A DNA stretch of 64,000 nt, from assembly GCA_965248355.1 (NCBI GenBank), contig OZ252098.1, forward strand, positions 2,368,001 through 2,432,000, read 5' to 3'. The notes beneath the pieces were generated by a model, which made no database searches, had not been told where the DNA came from, and saw only the letters and a list, made by a program, of their open reading frames with translations. Position numbers and translations under genes: made by a program. Below, in pieces: positions 27,995 to 37,350 of the stretch. Numbering within the stretch: position 1 is the first letter of the stretch; each line of letters opens with the position of its first letter. This DNA is from Candidatus Latescibacterota bacterium (lineage in GTDB: Bacteria; Latescibacterota; UBA2968; UBA8231).

Positions 27995-28957
27995 CTACTG
28001 CCCCCGCGGCCGGTACCTGGGGGTGAAGGCGCGTCCGTGGAAGAGGGGCATGAGATCGTGGGGCACGTCATCGGTCCGCCCGAGCCATTCGGTGTTGCCG
28101 AACTCGTAGTCGGAGTGGACCATGCGGCAGAGCATGATGAGGCGTTCCCTGTCGCTCTGTATGGGGATGGTCCGGTGCATCAGGGGGCCGTCGGCGAAGA
28201 GCAGCACCGAGCCGCGCCGGGCACTGATCTCGTGAAAGAACTCGGAGTCCGGGTTGTCGGTGATGTACCTCTTCAGATCGTCGAAGGGGAGATGGATGCG
28301 GTGGCTCCCCGCGAAGATCCCGGTGCCCCCGTCGTCGGGGCCCACGTCGGTGAGGTAGAGGATCAGCCCGAGGATCGGCGTGTGGAACCAGCCGTTGGCG
28401 CAGACGGCCCGGTCCTTGTGGCGGCTCACGCCTCCGTGCCAGCCGAGGACGGGATTCTCCGAGCGCCGGTTGAAGCGCACGGCGAGAGAGTGGAACCGGA
28501 AGGTGCCGCCGAGCAGCTCGGTGGCGACGCCCAGCATGCGGGGCTTGGTGAGGACCGAGAGGAAGACGGGGTCGAGGCCGAGGACGCTCTCGATCTCCAG
28601 GCGGTCGAGGTGGAGGCCGCCCGCGGCGGTCCTCGTCCGGTTGCCGCGCCACTTCGCGCCGTCCCGGAAAGGGTGGTACTTCTCCGGCGGCGGCAGCGGC
28701 TCGAAGGGGGCGTCGCCGGCGGCCTCGAGCAGCTCCTCTTTCACTTGGCCGGCCACGCCTTCGATGGAGCCCAGCTCCTCCTCGGTGAACAGGTCCTCGA
28801 CGACGGTGTACCCGAAGAGCTCGAAGCGCATCCTCTGCTCCAGAGTCAGGACCGGGAAGGGATAGTCGTACTCCTTCTCCGGGACATCCGTGAACCCGAA
28901 GCCCGGATTCACCGGGTTGTAGGGGGCCTTCGGAGGGCCTTCCGCGGGGCTGGCCAA
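27995..28957 (-). CDS. PhyH-family Fe(II)/2-oxoglutarate oxygenase, HGG variant
   Basis: FELFGYTVV, GWHGG, YLTDVGPDDGGT.IFAGSH, GSVLLF...LMH...R. Confidence 0.8.
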   Translation of the reverse strand: MASPAEGPPKAPYNPVNPGFGFTDVPEKEYDYPFPVLTLEQRMRFELFGYTVVEDLFTEEELGSIEGVAGQVKEELLEAAGDAPFEPLPPPEKYHPFRDGAKWRGNRTRTAAGGLHLDRLEIESVLGLDPVFLSVLTKPRMLGVATELLGGTFRFHSLAVRFNRRSENPVLGWHGGVSRHKDRAVCANGWFHTPILGLILYLTDVGPDDGGTGIFAGSHRIHLPFDDLKRYITDNPDSEFFHEISARRGSVLLFADGPLMHRTIPIQSDRERLIMLCRMVHSDYEFGNTEWLGRTDDVPHDLMPLFHGRAFTPRYRPRGQ

Positions 28958-28979
28958 GGCAAGGGCCTCCTTCCGTCCC

Positions 28980-30566
28980 TCAGTGCAGCAGGGTCAGCTT
29001 GTGGCTCTCAGCCTCCCCATCGACCGACACCACCAGAAAATACGTCCCCGAGGCCTGCAGCCGCCCCGCCTGGTCGAGCCCGTCCCAGACGAACTGGTAG
29101 GAGCCCGCCGGGCGCTCGGCCTCGGCGGCCAGCACCCGCACCCGCTGCCCCAGCTCGTCGTAGACCCGCACCGATACGGACGCCGGGTGGTCCAACTCGA
29201 AGGCGACGGTGACGGCGGCATTGGAGGGATTCGGGTACAGGCGCAAGGAGGAGGGTGTCGCTCCTGGAGTCGGCACTTCCTCCTCGGCTGCCGCCACGGC
29301 CGTCGGCACGAGGTCGCTGACGCCGCAGATGCGGCGCAGGAAGGAGAACACCCCTCCCACCCAGAAGGCCGACGGCGAATCCACCGTGACCACGAGGAGA
29401 TCACCCTCCGGCGTGAGAAGCACGTGTAAGGCTCCCATCGGTGCCTCCAGGGCCGGCCCTCCATCGCCCATGTTGTCTCTGCAGGTGTGCCGCGACAGCT
29501 GCTTTCCCGCCGCCACCGGTTTGCCCACACAGCCCCTGACGAACTCCGGATGAACCCCGTTGCCGGCGATGGTTTCGAGGACCCCGTCCATGCCCACGCG
29601 GTGGATGCGGTTGTATCCGTAATTGGCAATGTACAGCACGTCCCGGGCATCGATCACGAAGTCTGTGACTGCGAGAGGCGCTTCGGTCGCCGGTCTGCCA
29701 TTGGCGGCATAGTCCGGGGCCCGACGGACGACAAGATGGTTCTCGTCGCCCCAGTCAGATCCGGCGACGACCTCGAGCGTGCCGTCGTCGAGACGGCGAT
29801 ATACCTGTTGACCGTTGGAGAAGTACAGTCTCCCTTGAGCACCCAGCCTCAAGGTCCATACCACACGCTCCTCCAGGAGCCTGGAGATGACTCCTTGCGC
29901 ATCGATGCGCTGGATGCCTCCCTTCCCGGCGACGAGCAGATGGCCCCCGGGCTCGAAGAGCAGCGAAAGGTGGGGGGCAGACTCGACCCGGGCGGCAAAG
30001 GTGGTCACCTGTCCGTCGGCTTCGAGACGCGCGATGCGGGCCTCCGTCCTGCGCCCTCCTGTGACATAGTCGACGAAGTAGAGACGGCCTTCCCGGTCGA
30101 ACGTCATCGGCCCGGGTGCAATACGCGCGTCCAGGGCCGCCACGGTATCCTGGAGGACGTTCGTCTGCTGCAGCAGCGGCGCCCGCCAGACGTCGGCGTC
30201 GTCTTCCTGGACCGAGTACTGGGGCACGCCGACGAGGCGGGTGGCACTGCCGTCGGATTCGAGACGGTAGATGATCGTCGGGTCAGCCACATGGACGCGG
30301 CCCCGGGGTCCCAAGGCCAGGTACTGCGGATAGTAGCTGCGGTACTCCGGCCTGGCCACCAAGTCCCGGCCGCCGCCCACGTTGACCCGCTCGGCCGGGT
30401 AGATCTTGTAGTCGCGGAAGACGGCGATGTAGTCGCCGCCGTCCGGGGCGGTCACGGTGGTGATGGTCCCCGCCGGGCCGCACGGAGGCAGAGCCGAAAG
30501 GGGGAACACCGGGACCAGGAAGCCCAGACCGGAGAGGAGGACACAGTGCCGATGCCTGGCGGTCAT
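28980..30566 (-). CDS. Secreted NHL-repeat protein with FlgD-Ig C-terminal domain
   Basis: Signal-like N-terminus; LYIANYGYNRIHRVGMDGVLETIAGNG, GDGGPALEA; YPNPSN...SGTYFL...HKLTLLH. Confidence 0.8.
   Translation of the reverse strand: MTARHRHCVLLSGLGFLVPVFPLSALPPCGPAGTITTVTAPDGGDYIAVFRDYKIYPAERVNVGGGRDLVARPEYRSYYPQYLALGPRGRVHVADPTIIYRLESDGSATRLVGVPQYSVQEDDADVWRAPLLQQTNVLQDTVAALDARIAPGPMTFDREGRLYFVDYVTGGRRTEARIARLEADGQVTTFAARVESAPHLSLLFEPGGHLLVAGKGGIQRIDAQGVISRLLEERVVWTLRLGAQGRLYFSNGQQVYRRLDDGTLEVVAGSDWGDENHLVVRRAPDYAANGRPATEAPLAVTDFVIDARDVLYIANYGYNRIHRVGMDGVLETIAGNGVHPEFVRGCVGKPVAAGKQLSRHTCRDNMGDGGPALEAPMGALHVLLTPEGDLLVVTVDSPSAFWVGGVFSFLRRICGVSDLVPTAVAAAEEEVPTPGATPSSLRLYPNPSNAAVTVAFELDHPASVSVRVYDELGQRVRVLAAEAERPAGSYQFVWDGLDQAGRLQASGTYFLVVSVDGEAESHKLTLLH
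29047..29206. repeat. ~160-bp near-identical repeat, copy 1 (sorting-domain DNA)
   Basis: Matches 30642-30801 with one mismatch by eye. Confidence 0.9.
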
Positions 30567-30574
30567 GCTGGGTC

Positions 30575-31916
30575 TCAATGCAGCAAGGTCAGCTTGTGGC
30601 TCTCAGGCGTCCCATCGACCGATAGCACCAGAAAGTATGTGCCCGAGGCCTGCAGCCGCCCCGCCTGGTCGAGCCCGTCCCAGACGAACTGGTAGGAGCC
30701 CGCCGGGCGCTCGGCCTCCGCGGCCAGCACCCGCACCCGCTGCCCCAGCTCGTCGTAGACCCGCACCGATACGGACGCCGGGTGGTCCAACTCGAAGGCG
30801 ATCGTGACGGCGGCATTGAAGGGATTCGGCCACAGGCGAAGTGAGGGTAGTCTCCCTGCTTCAGCGCCATTCGCAGGCACCTCCTCCTCGACCGCCTCCA
30901 CCGCCGTGGCCACCATCCACTCGCGGACCCGGCAGATGCGGCGCAGCTGGGAGATGTCGCCCCCGAACCACGTTATGCCCCACGGCTGCATCCCTACGAG
31001 AAGATCGCCGTCCGGTGTCATCTGCAGCAGATGGGGCTCCCAGACCGGGGCATCCACCGCCGGGCCGCCGTCGCCGATATTGTCCAGGCATCTGGGAATG
31101 GGTATGCCCCCTGCCACCCGCTTCTCGGACGCCGCACAACCGGGTGACCCGCCGTAGCCCAACCCGTTGCCGGCGACGGTCTCGATGACGCCGTCGGGAC
31201 GGACCCGATGGACTCGGCGGAAGCGGTGATTGGCTATATACAGCGATCCGTCCGAGTCCAGAGCCAGGGCCGCCAAACCCCAGAAGGGAGCCTCGGTCGC
31301 CGGACCCCCGTTGGCGACATAGTACCCGCCAGGGCGCTCCTCCGACCACCGGCCTGCCAACGCGGCCTCGAGCATGGCCTTGTCGTCCTCCCACGCCGAC
31401 CCGGCGAGGTGCTCGACCGTGCCGTCGGCATTGCGGCGGAAGACCTGGTTACGCGACGTGAAATACAGTCTCCCCTGGTCATCCATTTGCGCTCGGTAAG
31501 CTGACACCATGGGCCCGGAGGGTGCGGGACATCTCCTTGGTCGTCAATGCGCCAGATCCCTCCAAGGCCCGACAACAGCAGATCCCCCTCGAGATCGAAG
31601 ACCAGCGAAGTCACCCAACCAAACGCCTCCGGACCGGCGAAGGTGACGACCCGACCATCGGTTTCCACGCGCGCAATGCGTGACACCGGCGTCGGACCAC
31701 CGACCCTGAGCACCTGCCACCCGTCGACATAGTCGACGAAGTACAGCCGCCCCTGCCGGTCGAAGGCCATCGCCGCCGGCGCAATACGGGCCTCCAGCGC
31801 CGCCACCGTGTCCACGAGGACATTCACCATCTGCAAAGGGGGTGGATGGTACCCGTCGTGGCCTGCTCCGCCGGCGTCATCATCAGGAAGATACTGAGGA
31901 ACACCGACGATGCGGC
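30575..31916 (-). pseudogene. NHL-repeat/FlgD-Ig paralogue, frameshifted (~31510-31530) and 5'-truncated by IS630
   Basis: SRIVGVPQY...NVLVDTVAALEARIAP parallels the neighbour's TRLVGVPQY...NVLQDTVAALDARIAP; split over ORFs 31234-31836 and 30575-31510. Confidence 0.8.
30642..30801. repeat. ~160-bp near-identical repeat, copy 2
   Basis: See 29047-29206. Confidence 0.9.
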
Positions 31917-33091
31917 TAGTGTCCCGTCCGAGAATTAAGAAGAATCAACAAGGGCTGTCCGATGTCGCCGCCACCGTCTCCCGAGCGCGCTGGATCTTGC
32001 GCAGGATGGTCTCGCCGTCGGCCTTCCAGCGGTAGGGTTTGGGGGCCAAGTTCCGCTGCGCCAAGTAGGCTTCGATGTCGCGCACCAACTCCCCGACGCT
32101 GGCAAAGCTGCCGTCCCGAATCACATCCTGCGTCAGCTCGCCGAAGAACCGTTCGACCAAGTTCATCCAGGAGGAACTGGTGGGGGTGAAATGGACATGG
32201 AAGCGCCGATGCCGAGACAACCAATGCTGCACGCTCTCCTCCTTGTGGGGGCCGGCGTTGTCCACGATCAGGTGCAGCGACAGGTTCTTGGGCGTCTCGC
32301 GGTCGATCTGCTTGAGAAAGCGGAGCCATTCGACGTGGGTATGACGCGCCTCCAGACGCGCGATGAGCTTGCCGTCGAGGTAGTTGAGCGCGGCGAACAA
32401 GGTGATCGTACCGTGGCGCTTGTAATCGTGGGTCCGGGTGCGGATGTCGCCGATCCCCAGCGGCAAGCCCGGCTGGGTCCGTTCCAGCGCCTGGCACTGG
32501 CTCTTCTCGTCACAGCACAGCACCAGCGCGCGCTCGGGGGGATCCAGGTAGAGCCCGATCACGTCCCAGAATTTTTCCTCGAAGTGCGGGTCCGTGGAGA
32601 CCTTGAAGGTCTTGGTCAAATGGGGCTTGATGTCGTTGGCCTTCCAGATCCGGTGCACGCTGTCCGGCGACATCCCCGCCGCCTGGGCCATCGAGCGCAC
32701 GCTCCAGCGCGTGCGCGGCTTCGGCGGCTGCGTGACCGCGGTGAGGACCTGCTCGACCTTGTCCGCCGGCAAGCTCGCCGGCCGGCCCCGGCCCTTGGCG
32801 TCGTTCAGTCCCGCCAAACCCTCGCGATCAAAGCGTTGCGACCACTTGTTCACACACGCCACACTGGCGCCCAACTCGGCGGCCACCTGCACCTGCTTGA
32901 TCCCTTCGGCCCGGCGCAGGACGATGGCCGCGCGCAGGCTGTCGCGCTGGGACGCGGAGGGGGCCCTGACGCGACGCTCCAACTCCTGTCGCTCGGACGC
33001 GGTCAACTCAAGGCGGGACACCGGGCGGGCCATGGCCTGAAGATAAGGCCTTGACTCTGTTTTTACAACTCATTTGTCGGACGCGACACTA
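31917..33091 (-). mobile_element. IS630 family insertion sequence
   Basis: Terminal inverted repeats TAGTGTCCCGTCCGAGAATTAAG / TAGTGTCGCGTCCGACAAATGAG; TA within CTAG at both ends; transposase inside. Confidence 0.92.
31945..33033 (-). CDS. IS630 transposase
   Basis: HTH N-terminus; LCCDEKSQCQAL, YKRHGT, LIVDN, FTPTSSSWMNLVERFF (DDE); leaderless promoter TTGTAA-17-TATCTT-6-ATG. Confidence 0.95.
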   Translation of the reverse strand: MARPVSRLELTASERQELERRVRAPSASQRDSLRAAIVLRRAEGIKQVQVAAELGASVACVNKWSQRFDREGLAGLNDAKGRGRPASLPADKVEQVLTAVTQPPKPRTRWSVRSMAQAAGMSPDSVHRIWKANDIKPHLTKTFKVSTDPHFEEKFWDVIGLYLDPPERALVLCCDEKSQCQALERTQPGLPLGIGDIRTRTHDYKRHGTITLFAALNYLDGKLIARLEARHTHVEWLRFLKQIDRETPKNLSLHLIVDNAGPHKEESVQHWLSRHRRFHVHFTPTSSSWMNLVERFFGELTQDVIRDGSFASVGELVRDIEAYLAQRNLAPKPYRWKADGETILRKIQRARETVAATSDSPC

Positions 33092-33331
33092 GGCGTCGCC
33101 ACGTACCTGGTCAAATCCCCTGACGCTCGTGTTCACACCGCCCTCACGATCCACTCGACGCAACAGCGTGAGTCGCGGCAACCCGGGCGGAATCGACCCG
33201 GCGGCCAGCCTGGGCAGTTGACCCGCCTCGGGTGAGATCGGACCCTTGCCCAGGCACACGACTGCCGCTCAGCGAAGGGAGCCCCGGCCTGCTGCTCCCG
33301 GCATGATCCCCCTCCTCCGAAGGAGGCCGAT

Positions 33332-36082
33332 TTGCGCGCCTTCCCGACCTCCCGGACCGCCGCCCTGTTGAGCCTGCTCCCCGCCGGCGCCGTGTCGGCC
33401 CAGGACTACGACGCCGACTATCCACCCGGCACGCTGACGCCGAACATCGACCTGGCCTTGCAGAGGGTCGAGATCCAGGTGCCGGAGAAGTACCGCGACC
33501 ATGTCCCCGAGGGCCTGAGCGTCAACCTGCCCTCGGGCTTCCGCGCCCAGTTGTTCGCCGCCGATCTCGGCGGCCCCCGGGACCTGCGGTTCAGCCCGGA
33601 AGGCGTGCTGCACGCCGTCACTCGCAGGGGCCAGGTCATCGCCCTGCCCGACCGCGACGGCGACGGCGCCGCCGACGAGGAGATCGTCGCCCTCGACGGC
33701 CTGCGCGTCAGCGACGGTCTCGCGTTCTACAAGGGAGACATGTACGTCGGCGAGGAGCACCAGGTGATCAGGGCCATCGACGCCGACGGCGACGGCCTCT
33801 ACGAGGATACCGAGGTGCTCGTCGCCGACCTGCCGTGGGAGGCCTGGCACGACACGAAGACGATCGTCTTCGACGAGCAGAACGAGAAGCTCTACGTGAG
33901 CGTCGGCTCCCCCTGCGACCTGTGCCGCATGGAGCCCGGCCACCAGTTCTCAGGGGCGGCCACGACGGCCGCGCTCCCGTACCGCCCGGAGCGCGGCACC
34001 GTCATGGAGTTCAACGCCGACGGCACGGGCGGGCGCATCTTCGTCACCGGCGTGCGCAACGTCGTCGGCATGGACCTGCACCCGGTGACGAACGAGTTGT
34101 GGGGCACGAACAACGGCCACGACGAGGAGGGCCGCTCCCGGCCCCCGGAGTGGATCGACGTGCTGCGGGACGGCGACTTCCAGGGCTACCCCTTGGTGCA
34201 GAGCCACCAGGCCTGGAACGACTTCACCATCTCCCGCTACCACCCCATGCTGCCGATCACGCGCGAGGACACGCTGCTGGCCATGACCCAGAAGAAGCCG
34301 GCGGTCCTCGTGCCGGCCCACTGGGCGCCGATGCGCATCCACTTCTACACGGGCGAGCAGTTCCCCGCCAGGTACAGGAACGCCGCCTTCGTCGCCTTCC
34401 GCGCCGGCCGCGCCAAGCTCTCCTCCCACCCCGGATACAAGGTGCAGGCCCTGTTCAGCGACCCCGACGGCTCCGATGCCGTCATGGCCGACTTCGTCAC
34501 CGGGTTCCAGACGGGCACGACCACCGGCAGCGTCTGGGGCTTCCCCCACGGCCTCGCCAGCGACGCGGAGGGCAGCCTCTACGTCGGCAGCGACAGCCGC
34601 ACCCCGGTGATCCTGAAGATCACCCACAGCCAGTTGCACGGCGTCTGGGAGCACGACCTGCCGGAGTCGGTGGGGCTCGCCGGGCGGGTGACGCTGCGCG
34701 GCACCGTGCGCCTCGAGCGCCTGGCCGAGGGCGGCGACGAGCCGCGGGTGACCGCCGACCTGAGCGCCTTCGGAGGCCCCGCCGAGGTGGAGCTGACGCC
34801 CCTCGGCGATGGGGAGTACGGCCTGGAGGTCGAGCTCGTCGCCGGCGCCGTGGGCCGCCGCGACATCGTCGTCCGCGTCGAGCAGCGGGCCGGGGAGCGC
34901 ACCGAGTCCCTGCGCTTCGCCACCACCGTGGAGGTGCTGCCTCCGGCCTGGAGCCACGACCTGCCCGGCGGCCTGACCCTCGGGGACCCTCTCGAGCTGC
35001 AGGCCACGGTGCGCATCGAGCCGCTGTCGGCGGACGGCGGGAGTCCGCGTGTGACCGCTGACCTCTCGGCCCTGGGCGGTCCCGGCGAGGTGCCGCTGAG
35101 CCGGGCCGGCGAGGACGTGTACGCGCTGCGGGCGCTCGTCGCCCTCGACGTGCCTGCCGGCACCTACGCGGTCCTCGTGCGCTTCGAGCAGGAGGTTGGG
35201 GGCGTCGTGTTCCGCCACGAGTTCCGCCACGACGTCGTGCTCTCGCCGCCCGACCTGGCCATCCTCGACGACGGGCTCGCCAGCGGCTGGCAGCTGCGCG
35301 GTGAGGGGGGCGCGCAGGTGCTCGGTCCGACGGCCGCGGGACCCGTCTTCAACGGCCGCGAGGCTCTGGAGATACACCTGCAGCCCGAGAACTTCTTCAC
35401 CCTCTGGCAGACGATCCTGCAGCCGCCGTCCGCCGTGGATCCCCTTGGCTTCGCCGGCATCCGCCTCGTCCTCCACACGGGCGCCGCCACGATGCCCGGC
35501 CCCGCCGCCTTGTCGGTGGTCGTCGACGACCTCTCCGTCGACCTGTTGCGCCGGCCGTACGAGGTCGTCGCGGGGCACCCGGAGTGGCAGGTCGTGGAGA
35601 TCGACTTCGACGACTTCACCGTGCCGAACAGGTATTCCGGCCAGGAGGACCGCACCGTCGAGGAGGTCGACGCCATCGTGCTGCGCGGCTCCATGTCCGG
35701 CACGCTCTACCTGGACGACGTGCGCCTCGTCACCCGCATCCCGGCGGCGGACCCGGAGCCCGCGGCGACGGCGATACTCGAGACCTTCGACGACGGCACG
35801 CCGGACGAGTACGCGCTGCGGCCGGGCTACCCGAACCCGTTCAACGCCGAGACCGTTCTGCTCTTCGACCTTCCCATTGCCGCCGAAATCCGGCTGTCCA
35901 TCTACAACCTCGCCGGGCAGCGGGTCGCCGACCTCGTACGCGGCCGCCGCGAGGCCGGCACCCACCGCGTGCATTGGGATGGGCGCGCCGGGGCGGGAGT
36001 CCCGCTGGCTTCCGGGGTCTACCTGGTGCGCCTGTCCGCCGGGCGCTGGGTCGGCACGGAGAAGCTGTTGCTGCTGCGCTGA
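33332..36082 (+). CDS. Secreted PQQ-dependent glucose/sorbosone dehydrogenase-like protein with two Ig-like repeats, a CBM-like region and a FlgD-Ig C-terminus
   Basis: Signal peptide (AVSA-Q); KLYVSVGSPCD, GVRNVVGMDLHP, HWAPM; YPNPFN...SGVYLVRL...EKLLLLR. Confidence 0.8.
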   Translation: MRAFPTSRTAALLSLLPAGAVSAQDYDADYPPGTLTPNIDLALQRVEIQVPEKYRDHVPEGLSVNLPSGFRAQLFAADLGGPRDLRFSPEGVLHAVTRRGQVIALPDRDGDGAADEEIVALDGLRVSDGLAFYKGDMYVGEEHQVIRAIDADGDGLYEDTEVLVADLPWEAWHDTKTIVFDEQNEKLYVSVGSPCDLCRMEPGHQFSGAATTAALPYRPERGTVMEFNADGTGGRIFVTGVRNVVGMDLHPVTNELWGTNNGHDEEGRSRPPEWIDVLRDGDFQGYPLVQSHQAWNDFTISRYHPMLPITREDTLLAMTQKKPAVLVPAHWAPMRIHFYTGEQFPARYRNAAFVAFRAGRAKLSSHPGYKVQALFSDPDGSDAVMADFVTGFQTGTTTGSVWGFPHGLASDAEGSLYVGSDSRTPVILKITHSQLHGVWEHDLPESVGLAGRVTLRGTVRLERLAEGGDEPRVTADLSAFGGPAEVELTPLGDGEYGLEVELVAGAVGRRDIVVRVEQRAGERTESLRFATTVEVLPPAWSHDLPGGLTLGDPLELQATVRIEPLSADGGSPRVTADLSALGGPGEVPLSRAGEDVYALRALVALDVPAGTYAVLVRFEQEVGGVVFRHEFRHDVVLSPPDLAILDDGLASGWQLRGEGGAQVLGPTAAGPVFNGREALEIHLQPENFFTLWQTILQPPSAVDPLGFAGIRLVLHTGAATMPGPAALSVVVDDLSVDLLRRPYEVVAGHPEWQVVEIDFDDFTVPNRYSGQEDRTVEEVDAIVLRGSMSGTLYLDDVRLVTRIPAADPEPAATAILETFDDGTPDEYALRPGYPNPFNAETVLLFDLPIAAEIRLSIYNLAGQRVADLVRGRREAGTHRVHWDGRAGAGVPLASGVYLVRLSAGRWVGTEKLLLLR

Positions 36083-36113
36083 CGGAGGGCCGATGGGCCC
36101 CGCCGACGCCCCC

Positions 36114-37337
36114 TCAGGCGATGAAGGGTCCGTCCCGCACCACGCGCTCCCAGGTCCGGCGGAACTCGTCGGACCCGTCGTCGAGCCAGGCCTCGCTCCG
36201 CAGACCCTGGACCGCCCCCTCCTCCCGCCCCGTGGCGCGGCCGACGTCCCCCGTCGAGAGCCCGTACAGGGTGCGCCCACCCGGCAGGTGCACGCGTTCC
36301 AGGTGCCTCGGGACGGGGGCGGGGGGATTCGCGGCCAGCCGCTCCAGGGCCGCCTCGTCCACGTCGAACCCCAGCCCCGGACGCTCCGGCACGGGAGAGC
36401 ATCCCGCCGCCACCTCGATCCGCCCGGTGGTGATGTCGTCCTCGTACTGGTCGTCGAGATGGATCGAGTGGCCCGTGGCGGTGGGCAGCACGGCGGCCAT
36501 GTGCAGGCCCAGGGCCTTGGTCAGGGTGCCGCCCGTCAGCTGGATCAGGCACTGGGTGTTGAGCCGGGCGCAGGCGGTGCCGTTGGCCAGGGTGCCGCCG
36601 ATGCTGCTGCCGCCGCTGCCGATGAGGTAGGCGTCGGCGGCGCCTCGGCCCAGGGCCGGCAGGCGAGGCTCGCCGGGCGGCACGTGGAACACCAGGGGAA
36701 GGGCGGTCTGCTCGCGCAGCCGGCACCAGGAGTCCAGGTCGTCCTTCGCACACGGATCCTCGATGCAGCCGACCACGGGACGGGTCTCGAGCCAGCGCAC
36801 GATCGGCAGCAGCGTGGCCAGGGTGCGCGAGCCGTTCAGGTCGAGGTGCAGGCGGAACCCCTCCGGGGCCACCTCCTCGGCGGCGCCCACCTGCTCCCGC
36901 AGGTCGTGGACCGGCGCCGTGTGCATCTTGATCACCAGGTATCCCTGCCCCGCCGCGCGCTGCACCTCGGCGGCGAAGTCGGCCGGCGCCGCCTGCCGTG
37001 TCCAGGCGGCCACCGAGACGGCGTCCCTCACCTTCTGCCCCATGAGCCGCCAGGCGGGCACCCCCAGGTGCTTGCCCATCACGTCGTACAGGGCGCCGCC
37101 AACGGCCGGATCGAAGTCGTTGCCGATGAACTCGAAGGGGCTGCGTCCGATCAGCGGCTCCAGGCTCGAAGCGGCGGGGGCCCCGCCCCGGTGGTCCCCG
37201 TAGCCGACCAGACCGTCGTCGGTGCGCACCCGGCAGACGACGCGGTGGTCGATGCCGGCGAAGCGCACCGGATCGTTGCGGTTGCGCTCCGCCAGGCGGG
37301 GATGGATGGGGATGATGTCGACGTCCGTGATCTTCAT
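36114..37337 (-). CDS. Mandelate racemase/muconate lactonizing enzyme (enolase superfamily)
   Basis: MKITDVDII, TDDGLVGYG, ALYDVMGKHLGVPAWRLMG, KMH, DLN, IEDP, PGLGFDVDE. Confidence 0.85.
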   Translation of the reverse strand: MKITDVDIIPIHPRLAERNRNDPVRFAGIDHRVVCRVRTDDGLVGYGDHRGGAPAASSLEPLIGRSPFEFIGNDFDPAVGGALYDVMGKHLGVPAWRLMGQKVRDAVSVAAWTRQAAPADFAAEVQRAAGQGYLVIKMHTAPVHDLREQVGAAEEVAPEGFRLHLDLNGSRTLATLLPIVRWLETRPVVGCIEDPCAKDDLDSWCRLREQTALPLVFHVPPGEPRLPALGRGAADAYLIGSGGSSIGGTLANGTACARLNTQCLIQLTGGTLTKALGLHMAAVLPTATGHSIHLDDQYEDDITTGRIEVAAGCSPVPERPGLGFDVDEAALERLAANPPAPVPRHLERVHLPGGRTLYGLSTGDVGRATGREEGAVQGLRSEAWLDDGSDEFRRTWERVVRDGPFIA

Positions 37338-37350
37338 CTTGACTCCTGGA

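Noticed and set aside
33144..33260. tRNA/tmRNA-like GGGTCGATTCC on the minus strand
   Set aside because: No acceptor stem, anticodon arm or CCA could be built.
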